Of a stretch of DNA of 64,000 nucleotides, positions 1-13,784 are shown in pieces. Origin of the DNA: the human T2T-CHM13v2.0 reference genome, Homo sapiens. Each line of letters starts with the position of its first letter. The first letter of the stretch is position 1. The DNA lies in the NCBI RefSeq assembly GCF_009914755.1, contig NC_060928.1, one strand, 5' to 3'. The position numbers were made by a program, and so were the translations under genes. Below the pieces are notes generated by a model that worked only from the letters and a program-made list of their open reading frames with translations, searched no databases and was not told the origin of the DNA.

Positions 1-1098
1 GCAAACACGTATTCATGAATAGCCCTGTCTTTAGAGAAAAATTCATCAATGTCCTAGCCCTTGTGTATCTAATACACTAAGAAACATATTTGTGTATGAA
101 GTCACACACAGGAAAATTAATTCTCTCCTATATTTCATTTTTTTACATTACTTTTCTTCATAAAATACACATCTATTTTTGCAAGTTTATCTTCACTGTG
201 TATAAAAGCTTTTCTAAAGAAACAGTTTAAGAGAAACATTTTTTATATATGATTTGCATTTAAATATAAACATACAAAGTTAAATATTTCTTTTAAAATA
301 AATTCTAAGAGAAAAAAATTGTACCAGTGTTTGTTTTGCAGTGGTAGTATTGCAGAGGTTATTAAAACAACTAATCTTTATTAAAATTCAAATAATTTAC
401 TGCCATCAACTGTTTGGTATACAATTTAATTTATTTTTATAAAATTCTGTGCATTTATACTTTTTGAAAGTATACATAGTCCAGATTAAACCATGTCCAC
501 AAAAATATAATTAAAACATGAACATTTTAAAAACTTTTATTAGTTTGACCTCCTCCAGTATATAGGGATTCTGTTAAATTAATTTTTTTTATTAAGTTAA
601 TAAGTTGAAGTTGTTTTCATGTCAAAATTACATGTCCTTAGGAGGACATGAAAAGGAAGGTGCATTGTGAGACAGTTATATAACAGCTAGGTAGAGACAG
701 AATGAGATGATAATCCTACTGTATGTTAGAAAGAAAATACATATCTATTTGGTATTAGAGTCATCTTATAGTTTTTTTCTGTTGTAAAAAAAAGTTATGC
801 CCATATGTGAAGGTCCTGCCTAGTTAAAAAATGAGGATAAAATGGTGGCTCATTTTGTAGCAGCCAACTGGGTCCCTGGATTTGGAGAATCATAGTTGAA
901 AGACTGTTCAAATTAACACATTTCAAAATACTAATTTGTTTAGATTGTCTTTGAAATTTATATAGATTCTTTTTTTAAAGAAAGCAAACAAACTCAGGGT
1001 TTTTGGAAATTGTTTTATTGGCGAGGTCTATGGATGGACACCATTGTATAGGGGCTGCTGATTTTCCCTTTACATATTTCCCCATCTCCCTTCCCCAG

Positions 1099-1187
1099 GT
1101 GTTGCTGCCATCACTACCTTTCCCTTCCTCCCCTTTCCTCATGGCAAGACGCATGGAAGAAGAGTGCTGTTAAGGCCTCTCCATTAA
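1099..1187 (+). CDS. PCDH7: Coding part of an alternative exon (exon 1099-1194) giving a short alternative C-terminus, (G)VAAITTFPFLPFPHGKTHGRRVLLRPLH*; tentatively protocadherin-7
   Basis: Seen: branch-like CTGAT at ~1058-1062, long pyrimidine tract ending CCCTTCCCCAG|G at 1098/1099, donor CAG|GTATGG at 1194/1195, and TAA at 1185-1187 in the phase-1 frame. The gene name rests on my recollection of this peptide following ...PDGSV/GEAEHMEN in PCDH7 isoforms and has not been verified by a search. Confidence 0.65.
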
Positions 1188-2439
1188 TCAACAGGTATGG
1201 TGGTTCTCATGAAACAGTGTAGCTGCCCCTCTTCTGCATTCTCCATTAATAGTCTGTCTCTTACATTTACAAGGTGCATTCATTCACTACACAGAGCCTT
1301 CTATATGGAAGAATTGTTCAACTTGAGTTTATATGTTTCACCGTGTTATGTATTACCTAAATCCCTATACAGTGGTAGATTTTTCTCAATGTATAGAGTT
1401 TAGAAGAATTAATGATATTATTCTCAGGGAAAGTTGCTATGCAGTTTCCTCAACAAAATATGTATAAAATAAATGGAACTTGTATGTATGAATATGCCAC
1501 TTTCAACATTCTACAAACAATCGTTATATAACACATCTTTGAAAGTATAAAACAGGAATATTTCTGTGAATTTTATTTCAAAATTTAATAGCATTTGCAT
1601 CTTCAAAAGCATTGCACAAAATTTTATGCACATAATTATAATACTCATCTGGTTATAGAAAATTAGGTATAAGCTAGTTTAATAAATCTAAATACCCTAC
1701 AAAGCTATGCCATTCAGATGTGAAAGCTGAATGCATGCTAATTACTTTCTGCAACTTTCTTTCGTCAACTCAGCTGGTGGCATTTGAGGGAGACAGAGGG
1801 GACTAGGGACTGTTTGTTCAGTCCAAGATATCCTTCATTCAGGGTGCTATATTTTGAAAGGAGCTAGGCCCTCAGGGCTCAAACTCCAGCAGAGTCATAA
1901 CCTATAAAACATGAACACTCAGTCATCACCAGGAAGCACCCGCCTTCTTGACTTCTTTTTTCACTAGTGAAACGAGTCCTCCCAGCTCCTGCAGGGGCTT
2001 GTTTTGATGTATCAGGCTTTGCTTATAGTCTTGTGACTCTCTCAGGTTCTTTGAGACACATGACTAAAATGCTACCTTTGGGCTAGGAAGATTCCTGGCA
2101 GATGACTTAGAAAAATAGTGTGTCTATGGGTGTGTATGTGTATAGCAGCATTATTTGTAGTATTCTTTAAAACGGTAGCAGAATTAAGACTTGTCTGTGT
2201 ACATAAACAAAGCAAACCATTTCAATTTACATACATTTTCACCGAACATTAAAAGATCATATTCCATTTTTCTACTGTATTTGAATGCATTGGAATACGG
2301 GAGAAATTGAAAAGGGAATGGATGTTAGTCTGGACCATTAATCTTCATTTAGAAATGTATGGCTTTCTATTAGATAAAGCTCTGATCATTGAGTATCTTT
2401 CATGATCTCACTTCTACCCATATTCCTTGCCTTTATATT

Positions 2440-2952
2440 TTGTTTTAACCTTGAGCACACACTGCACTCTGTGCTCTGCATCTTTCCCAGAGGGTGCAAT
2501 CTTTCATGTCCACAGGTCTTCGCACGGTTAGGTCCCTCCGTCTGGAAGGCACTTTACTCATGGCTGTTTGGAAAATTCACATACAAAAAATAATAACAGC
2601 AACCATGTACTGAGGATTTATTTTGTATGGGCACAATGTTAATGAGTTTCACTTCCATTTTCTTGATTCATCCACACAAAGAAACAATGAGTTAGAAATT
2701 ATTATTCATTTTATGTAATAGGTAAGAAAACTGAGAGGTGGCGAAGTTGAGAGGGGACAAGATCACTCAGGATTGACTCAAGTGGGACATGCCTTATACA
2801 GCTTCTCCTCATTTCTCCCCAGGAAAGCAGTACTCTCGTTCATGCTCACCTCTTGAGTTACTAGAGGGCAATGATTCCACCTTATGTTTTATGAGCTCTT
2901 CAATGTCCACAGTATTTGTTACTCACTAAATGTTGATTAAATGAATGAATGT
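2440..2952 (+). mobile_element. L2 3' end relic interrupted by a MIR
   Basis: Ends in TAAATGTTGATTAAATGAATGAATG, typical of the L2 tail; degenerate L2-like pyrimidine-rich body upstream. Confidence 0.55.
2590..2770 (-). mobile_element. MIR SINE
   Basis: AATAACAGCAACCATGTACTGAG ... AAGAAAACTGAGAG resembles the reverse complement of the MIR tail and core. Confidence 0.65.
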
Positions 2953-5664
2953 TCACAAAACAGCCTTTTGTCTTCTTCTCCTGAACATGGGCCCTTCCCT
3001 TCACCCATACTTCTCTCTATTCTGTTTTTATTCCCTACTTAGCTTGTTGCTCTTGGCCATTATTAGCTTCATAGACTACTCAATATATTTTCTATAAGAA
3101 ATAATTTATTACTTTTCCTAAAATAATTTAGGACCTGTAACTACAAACTGAATCAATATAAAATAATTTCATCCCCAGAAAAGGAAATTGGTAATTCAAA
3201 TCCTGTAACATTTATCAAATCTAATGGCAGGAAAGGAAGCACAGAAACACTTGTAACTCACACAGAAAGAAGAAAATTTAACCAAATTTTTTTAAAGATT
3301 TGAGGAAAGGAAATTATGAAAATTATACATGGGATTATAGGAAAATAAAGAGGCTATGCTTGAATAGGAAAACAGTTGTATCAATTTACCACTAAAGGAA
3401 AACAGTGGATAAGTAAAAAGACAGATAGGAAAAGAGGCCAAATTAAGGAGAAAAAAAAAATCTTTGAGAAAAAAGAAGCAAAATAATTTTGGAAAGGTGA
3501 ATTAGGAGTAACAAAATGAAGGAAACATGTCATTAAAAACCACAGACACTGAAAGGATGTTAAAAGAATATGAATTAAATTGGGAGGGAAAAAATCAATG
3601 CAGGTAGAGAAAAAGAAGTTTATTTAAGAGTTTGTGTTTCCTTATTCTTAGAAAAGCCTTTGAGGTAAAATGACTGAGAAGAAAAAGGGTAATTTAAGAT
3701 GCATTGATTTGTGTACACTGTATGTTTTTAGGACTTTTTCTGTGACAACAGTTTTTTTGAGAGCAAGATACGGGCTTATGCATTAATTTGGAGCTATGCA
3801 TTTAGAACTAAAATAGTTGTGCCTAGAGAATACGGTTGAGACAGGGCTTGCTGGGAAATTAGGATTCAAGTCCAAATATCCCTCTCCACCACATTCTCTA
3901 CCAAGATACTCATAACACTAATTAATCTGTTAGTTTTACACATAAAAGTATCACCTTATATCTGTTTTTCTTTATGTAGAGTGCCTGAAGCGTAGAATAA
4001 ATATTTGCTGAATTAGTCATGAAATTTTAAGAGTGGATAGAGATTAATGGTTAACAAATCCCGTCTTAGATTGTGCATGCACCCCTTAACACCATTTATA
4101 AGACTTGCTTATCTCCACTTGAATAATTCCAGGGACACAAAGTCTAGAGGTTGCTCCTATTTTGGGACATCTTTAACTTTCCAGCTTTTTCTAGCTTCCT
4201 GTAACTTGAATCCAATTATCCCAGTTTTCCCTTTTGGAAGCACAAAATAATTTCTATTTTTTTTAAATGAAAGTATTTCTAGACTTAAATTCAGACAGAC
4301 ACTATGTCATAATGTCTAGATATCTAATGTCTATCTATTTTCTTTTTTGGTTTATAGCCCCAGTCTTTCTAATTTTTCTATATTACTTGATTGCAAATCT
4401 TTTTAGTATTCTGGTTATTTTCATTTTCTCATTTGGTGAAAAATGGTCTTGCCTAAAACAAGCAATTCAGCATGGGCTTCCACAGTTTATGTTCTTATAT
4501 TTAGTCAGCTTGAAGAAACTAGCAATTTCATTTGAACACCTTCAAGGAAAAAAAAAAAGAGGTACAGATTAAAGCTGCATATGGCTTTGACATTAATTTG
4601 TTAAAGGTGTGGTTTGTATAGGATGCAGTATATAAATAAAATAAACATGAGTATGTGTTAAATAATTAATTTTAAAAATAGCATTTGAAGAAAGATTTTC
4701 AGTCTTTACTTTTTACTTTGTAATTTAATACATATTTTAGTTTGTGTTGGTTGCCTGAGGTGAATCTTTGCCTAAGAAGTCCATTCATCATTCTAACAAA
4801 TTTCACACTACAAAATATAATGTCCTTAAGTGGATAATAACATTGGTGGAAGTAAAAGACAAGCACAACAAAACAAAAATTATTTTTTCATTGCAAGTAA
4901 TTGACTTGATTGACTGATAATATGGTCTCATATATAACAATATATTATATTGTTACATGGAGGGCAAAACAAGATTAAAAGATGTGTAAAGCAAGAGCTG
5001 TCAGATCTGCGCTTTCCCTAACATAATTTATTGCAAAGTAAATTCTTCATTTATGGGAACTGTTACAAATGCCAAATTGCTGTCAATATCCCTTGGTGAA
5101 GCCTATTTATGGATAGATTATGGCACACTCTGCAAGGCCCTGCACATCTGACTTTCAGTGAGTGTCTATGCAGAATATATGGCCTTTTCCAGAACTAGGA
5201 AATTTAATTAATTTTTTGGCAGAGAACACTTTTTATGCCACATGCCTTTTTGCTGACCCTACCCAAGACTTCCATTTTCAAATGTGCTTCATATATTATG
5301 AACCTATATAATCTTAATGAAAGTCTTCCATATGGTAATTATATTGTGTGACTTTGTACAATATTCTCAAGAGTTCCAGTGCTGACATAAATTTTTTCTC
5401 TGTGGTACTGAACATTTCTTTGTACATTGTATGAATATATGCACCTCCCTCTGCTTTTTGACATTCAGTTACCAAAGCGATACCCTTTAGGTATTAGATT
5501 ATCTATAAGATTCTTAGGCCATATTCTTAAAACAACAGGGAACATGTATCTGCTTTGCTATCACTGCTGTTGAAGGGGTATGCCATGTGCAACATGACAA
5601 TTTGATACCTTTTACTCTGTCTTTTAGTGTCATAGAAAGACGAGTGAAAAGCAGGACACAGGGA

Positions 5665-5900
5665 TTAATCACTTAACCTCTCAAGACCTCATCAATGCCA
5701 TTAAAATGGGGGATTTGGACTAGTTCATTTTTAAAGTGAATTCCAACTTTCTACAGAATATGGAAGACTAGGAATTTTATAAATTGAGATTTTGTTCTAG
5801 GTTTGCCAGGAAACTATATTTAACCTCCCTGGAGCATGGTTTCCTCAGCTGCAAAATAAGGAGACTGAGCTAAATCACGGATGTAATCTTTAGTGATAAC
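5665..5900 (+). mobile_element. Two degenerate MIR/MIR3 core fragments
   Basis: CACTTAACCTCTC...AAAATGGGG and TTAACCTCCCTGGAGCATGGTTTCCTCAGCTGCAAAAT core matches. Confidence 0.5.
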
Positions 5901-6451
5901 ATGTGTTGACTTATTTTTCTTTCTGAAGCTATCTCTTGAGAAGGATTCTGAGAGCTTGCTTTGACTGAGTGGCATGGAGTGCTGTGATCATGTATTCCAT
6001 TACCTCTATGTCACAAACTTGCATCATAAATTCTGAGAATGCTTCTCATTCAAAAAGAAAAATTTTGAATGATTATTATAATTTTTAAATTTCTATTTTT
6101 TTTCTTGTTTGAGGTATACACAGATGATTCTTGTGCTTAAAAATGTGTGAATCCAGGAAATTGTTTGGTGCTCTTAAGGAAGACAGGTTGAGGAGAGGAC
6201 AGCCTCTTTAGATACTTAGAATACTTTAACTCAGAAGACAGATGAGGGATTCAACTCATTCTTTGTGCTTCTTAGCAGCAGATTGAAAGCCAATTGGATA
6301 ACATGGGGAAAAAACTGACTCACATAAGCATAAAATGTATTACTATAGAAAATGCTCAATAAAGGTTGATACATAGAATAGTCTGTGTTGTGAAATCTGC
6401 ATCAGTAAAGATGTTAAAATTTAGATTGCTTGACAATTTCTCGAGGCCACT

Positions 6452-6827
6452 ATTTTTATTTATTTTATTTTATTATTGTATTGTATTTTATTTTATTTTA
6501 TTTCATTTTATTTTATTTCATTTTATTTTATTTTTTGAGACAGAGTCTCAGTCTCTGTCGCCCAGGCTGGAGTGCAGTGAGCAGTGGCGCAATCTCAGCT
6601 CACTGCAACCTCCGCCTCATGGGTTCAAGGGATTCTCCTGCCTCAGCCTCTCCAGTAGCTGGGATTACAGGCATTTACCACCACACCTGGCTAATTTTTT
6701 TATTTTTAGTGGAGACAGGGTTTCACCATGTTGACCAGGCTGGTCTCAAACTCCTGATCTCAAGTGATCGTCCCGCCCCGGCCTCTCAAAGTCCTGGGAT
6801 TACAGGCATAAGCCACCGTGCTCGGCC
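6452..6827 (-). mobile_element. AluS (Sx/Sz-like) with long (TTTTA)n tail
   Basis: Full dimer in reverse; CAAGTGATC diagnostic; degenerate TSD AGGCCAYTRTT. Confidence 0.95.
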
Positions 6828-6881
6828 AAGGCCATTGTTAAAGGACCTCATAAGATAGCAAGTTAGATAAAATGAATTACA

Positions 6882-7233
<352 letters not shown>

Positions 7234-10200
7234 CTAATGGTCTGTTGTTCTATAATAACTATCAGACATAATAATACCAATAACTTTGTACCTGGATTTG
7301 GTGATAAAATTATCAAATATTTTATCGGAATTGATGATTTAGAATTTTAACATAAGCCATCTACTTGTTAGCCAATGCTGTAGTGTTCTAGTAAAGTGCT
7401 TTATATTATCAAAGCTGCTTTTTTGAAGGAAAAGTTACTAATTCTCATTTGTGGAATTCACTTCTTCTGTTATCTGTAGACTACACTTTGTATCTTCATT
7501 TTGAATGCTACTTCTTTATTGAAGTATAACTGACTATAATAAAAGTTAAAATAAAGATCATTTGCAAAAGTAATTTAATTATTTTCAACTTAATAAGATA
7601 TAGAACATAAAGCATTCACATAGAATCATAAAGTATTTTACCTGGAAGGGATTATGAAAATTTCCTTTTGAAATCTCGTTAACTTTTTCAAGGTCATTTA
7701 GTTAGTGAGACACTTGTGATCCAGATTTTCTGAATCTCAATTCAGAGTAACCAAATTTACTGTAGTAGTTTGCTGAAAAGTACAGATCTTGGTGAGTTGA
7801 GGCTTTCTTTTGCATCCTTGGATGCACTACTTGTCTTGAATCAGCCAGATGAAATAGGAAAGCAAACAAAAAATTTTGTATAGAAGAAACAGAAAAACAC
7901 TAGGTAGCATAGGCTGCTGTGTTCCTGGAGGAACGTGGAGGTCGGCATCCCTTTGTAAAGCTTGACATTACAAATATTCTTTGTAATCTACTAACAACTC
8001 TTGCCAGAAGTAAAAACAGTAAAAAACAATATATATTCCAACTTAAAATCAGCAGCTGCGTAATATGAGCTTATCACCACCATCTCATGGCTCTGGTCAC
8101 GAGAGTTTAACACCACTAGAGTTTATAACAAAAGAAACAGAGCAAATTACCGAAGATGTCCAATCACAAACGTTAACCAGACTTAACCATCATTATTTAA
8201 GCTTGCCTGTCCACTCTAATCAGGATAACAGACATCAATTAAATAAAAAGAATTATAAACACAAGCACATTAGCTGATTGTAATGGAATATTATTTATTT
8301 GACAGGGGAAAAATGTCTTCAGACACCAGTAGGACATATTGCTCAGGATTTTAATTCTTTGTGGTCTTAGCTGAGTATAATAGCAACATAAGCCAGTGTG
8401 TTCAAATAATGAAGAAGATGCAGGAAAATATTTTAAAAACAACCAGGAAATGTGGATCTAATTTTGAAATTGTGACACTTTGGTGAGGATAAGCTTGGCC
8501 GAAATGCAAGTTTTACTGATCTTTCTCTATATTTATAATAGGAGCAAAAATTGACATTGGGTGGGGTGATTGTTTTAAAAGGTGTTTTGGATCATTTATT
8601 TTAAAGATTTGTTCCCCAATAAGGCACTATACTATCAATGACTTTTCTTCTTATATCTGAACTAGTTCTCAAAAGGACACTGCATATCGAATGTCTTTAA
8701 ATACATTAAATAGGCTTTACATTGTAAGAGTCTTTTAGTATATATCCATAAGAAATTTTCTTCCAGGGAACTGAAGTTCTGATTTTATCATGGAAATCAA
8801 TGGAAAAAGTTACTTTCGGCTAACGCATTAATTTGCTTTACTGCTAACTCTGCTGGGTCATATTAAGTTAGTGGATAATTTCCAAGTATTTTTGGCCTCA
8901 GTATGAGGGAGACAAGAGGCACTATTCAAATCATTTGAATATGTTTTATGACACTTGAACTTAAGAAAATTGTCATTATGCTTTAGAGACCGAAAATATC
9001 TGCTAAACTGTGATAGACAGAGGGTATTTATAGAAGAGAGGAAAGAGTGGAAAAGATAGATCAAAACTAGGCAGAACAAACTATATATACATGGAAAGAA
9101 TCAGTGAGGAAGGAGGTTACAGTTTTTTAAAAATACTCTTAACTTTTAGTTAATTAGTAAGATAGTTTGCTGGTGGAATGGAAACACAAGAAATTAAGTG
9201 TACTGAAGGAGGAAAGACACCAAGGGCCCATCTGTAATGTCTCATATAGTTAACTGGGCAGATAAGCTCTTCTTTACATTTCCGGAATATATTTCGTGGA
9301 TATATGAGTGGCATGTAATCATAACATTATATCCAATACTTATCAAAGAAAACATAATCTATTCTCATCATTGATGTTGCCTCAATGGTGTTATAAGTAT
9401 ACTATAATAGCAAAAGAAATACACCCTTATATATTTAAATGATAATTAATAACTTAAGGTGATTCAAATAATAACATTAGAAAATAAAATATATTTCACC
9501 TAATAAAACTCTTAACAATCCACTTTTAGTTTTTAGAATAACAATATCATAAGAAAAAAATCTTCACGTATTTTTGGCAAAACATTTTAAAGTTTTAATA
9601 ATATTTTAACAAAATTAATTTAATCTGGAAATTGAAGTAGTTTGCAACTGAAATAAATGATTATGGTACATAATGTAGCATTTTGTTTCTTTTTAAGAAT
9701 TTTGATATTTATCTAAATTAACCAAGAAAAAGCAAACCAGTCATTTCATAAATAAACTATTGCTATTATTGAAATAGTGACCAGAAAAAACAAAATCAAA
9801 TTATCTTATTATAAATTTAAGATTAAGTTTTTAAGAAAATAAAAAGTATTATGAACAAATAAAGCATAAAAGCATTTTACTTAGTAGATAATACCATACT
9901 TTTTAAGCATAGCTATATTTGCTAGCCCTTTGGTAGGGGTGGAGGAGCCAGCTTGTCTTTTCAATAGTGTGAGGCTCAAAGCACCAGATTAGCAAAATTA
10001 GATGGTTCTGAAAGTTTAAGAAAGTATGGAATCATCTACAACTTGGTATAGAAATCACTAGATTTTCCAAAGATGTTACAATTCAAGCGTTCCAGGGACG
10101 CTTTAATATATGTTTGCTTTTACCTGCAATTGTATTTATGAGATTCACTGATGAGAATGACTGTTTTTGAAATTTGCTTATAAATTGAGGGGTGCAAAAA

Positions 10201-10869
10201 GGAACATTTTAGCAATTGGAAAGTCTTTTTTTTTTTTTAAGCCAAACATTTATTGTAAATAAGTGCAAAATTTCAGAGTAGTTTGCTCTAAGGAAATATG
10301 TGATTTACACAGTACCATTAGCAATTAAAGTTATGAACTATTTTCTGGGCTCTCATAAAGTCCAAATATCAGAGATACATATTATCTTGTCTTGTTGGAT
10401 GAATTATATCTTTTTAGAAAAAAAGTACAATTAAAAAGTATAACCTCTTATCACTGAGCATTTTGGCAAAAGTAAAACATGAACTATTATTATTACATAT
10501 TATGGATTTTACTTTGACATGACTATAGTTTGCACAGAAGTATGTTTCCTGCAGTTGCATGAATATAATACTTATAAGTAAAATGTGTAGGCTACTTTTT
10601 CTTCCAGAAGCCTGATGGCATTAAATCAATTTTAAAGTGCCACGTTAGGCCCTGTGACCATGACATCTAAGGATTTAGTTTATAAAATAAAGTAATAAAA
10701 CTTAGATACTTAAACTGCAAATGAAGTTGCCTTTTATCTTAGTTTACAGTACTATAAATGTGTGCCTTCATCTATTTTGGTAGGTAGTTGTTATTTATTT
10801 GTCTCTTCCACTTTGAATTAATAATTGAGAGCTTCCATTTTATTTAGCACAAGTCCTAAATGAAAGAGG

Positions 10870-11045
10870 ATATATACTTAATCAATGAGTAAGCGTCTGG
10901 GAGAGCCAAGCACTTACACTGGATTGCCATTTGTTAAATTTTGATAGTCTAACCACTCTGTATTCTATTTTCTCACCTGTGAAATTATAATACAGTAACC
11001 TACATTAGGTTCCCAATGGTTCATGCAGAAATTATATAGATAGTT
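10870..11045 (+). mobile_element. MIR relic
   Basis: TAACCACTCTGTATTCTATTTTCTCACCTGTGAAAT core similarity. Confidence 0.45.
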
Positions 11046-11051
11046 AGAAAA

Positions 11052-11160
11052 GGAGGGGAGGAAGGAAGGAAGGAAGGAAGAAAGGAAGGAGGGAAGGAAG
11101 GAAGGAAGGAAGGAAGGAAGGAAGGAAGGAAGGGAGGGAGGGAGGGAGGGAGGAAGAAAG
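11052..11160 (+). repeat. (GGAA)n/(GGGA)n purine microsatellite
   Basis: 5 consecutive GGAA at 11060-11079 and 10 at 11092-11131, followed by GGGA units. Confidence 0.97.
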
Positions 11161-12242
11161 ATTTCCTACTGATTTATAAAAGGATCAGTCCCCCAGTGCA
11201 ATTTGGAGATGCTACATCCAAGTAGGGAGCATGGATAATGGGTGCAATAGAATATTTTGCCATTAAAATAGGATTATCTCTTCGAGACATGCTTTTGGGA
11301 ATGAATTCGAAAATGAGAATTGGCTGTGGCTAGGTCATGTAAGGAAACAGTGAATCAGACATCCCAGTAAACCAGGTAGTTTATGAATGAGCAAAATGCT
11401 ACCCTGTTTTATCACTTCCTACTGCTTATTGAGGGTGGAATTCCTTTGGCATAGCCATGTTTTTAGAATAATCATCTAGAGAACTCTTACACAGTAGTCA
11501 CAATAATCATGGAAAAGATCTGGGGAGGAAATTATAGGATATATTTTATGCTAACTGTTAGAGAAACAATCACAGTGTAAACATCAGATTAAAAATTAAG
11601 TGAGAGCTATTAATTCTAAAATATTAGTTAACCAAAATATTATTTACCTTCTTTTGAGTCTCATTTTTTGTTTCAGGCTTTTCCTGGGTATTACAGATGC
11701 AAATCAATTCTAGCTGTTAAGAAGGCCTTTTCCATTTCTCATGAGAACCTCAGTTTCATTCACCTGATGTTATGCAATATGAGATGAGAAAATAACACTA
11801 GGACTATAAAAGAGACCAAAAATAAATCTACTGAGTTGAGGAAATGTGAAATAAAATTTAGTTTTAAGATGTTTTATGTTTTAATCTGAGTAAACTTTGT
11901 TAGCTCTCTCTCTGAATATAGAATGTAAAACATTGGAGTTGATTTCATTAAAGAGTCTAGGTGACTAAAATATGTGAATTATGAAGAAAAGACGTTGTTG
12001 TTATTTGACCTCAAAATGAAGATATGTGGATTTATAGATCTTTAAAAGACTATTTTCTCTCTCAGCAGATCTTCTCTTGCCAAATGAATACAGTCACTTA
12101 TTATTTCTTTTATGGGAATGTGTGTAAAGTGCTTATTATATTCTTAATAATACTTTTTAAAATTAATGAGTTTCATTAATATTATATCTTACAAAAATTT
12201 ATTTAAAGTAGCTTATAAAAATATGTTATAAAACCTTGGCAC

Positions 12243-12568
<326 letters not shown>

Positions 12569-13483
12569 CTAGTCATAGTTTGATTATAATCAAAACATAT
12601 CTAAATATATCAAAAGTATAGCCCTCTTTTCCCTGACTTCTTGTTTTTATTATTTAAAAATGCAATATTGGTGTTTGCTTTCTACATATGATTATTGCCA
12701 ATTAATACAGACTTCATTTGCATAAAACTTTTCTGTGGGTCTTCTGAACTGGTACCACCTCATTGTTTTTACTGCCATCTTTAAGCTGCAAACAGAGTCA
12801 ATTCATCTCACCTGTTGTAGCAAATATGGATAAATTGTCTGCTTTTGTTTGGGTCAAACAGAATATGCCCATAGGGTGGTATTTGAAATTTTGTCTCAAT
12901 AACTTCCAAGCTTTTAATTTTACTAATGCTAATCTCTCCCACTCATCTCTTAATTACAAAGTAATATTTTTTTCATTGTTGGTAATCTACTTCTCCCTTT
13001 CCTTAGTCAACACTTAAATTTATTTAATGCACCTCTTTGGAGCTTAATAACAAGAGCAACAGACTCCAGTTGAGCAAAAGTGCATTTATTTATGAATGAC
13101 TTGAATTGCTCTTGGAGGAAACACACTGTTTGAATTGAATTCTTTCTTATCTATGAAAGACCATTAAGGTCCTAAAACACAGATTTCTGCAGTTAAATAA
13201 ATGTTTAATAAGCAAATGACTCTCGAATTGATAGAAGTTCAGGAAATATGACAAAATGATGGCAAAACTCCTGCCATTGTAATTGGGGAGTTATTACAGA
13301 GCACATGCCAAGATGTATCAGCTAGACTTGTTCAAGTTGGACCGCCTATGTAATACTTTTCCTAAATTTCTAACCTTTAAGTTATTTAAAGCCTATGTGT
13401 ACTGTGTATGCATGCAATAAAGTAAGTATGTATGTATGTTTCTAATTGAAGTGGAAAGATGGTTAGTTAAAAGTGTAATTCTA

Positions 13484-13784
<301 letters not shown>

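Noticed and set aside
3290-3690. Long A/G-rich stretch
   Set aside because: No ORF, periodicity or assignable family; treated as low-complexity sequence or an unrecognisable ancient repeat.
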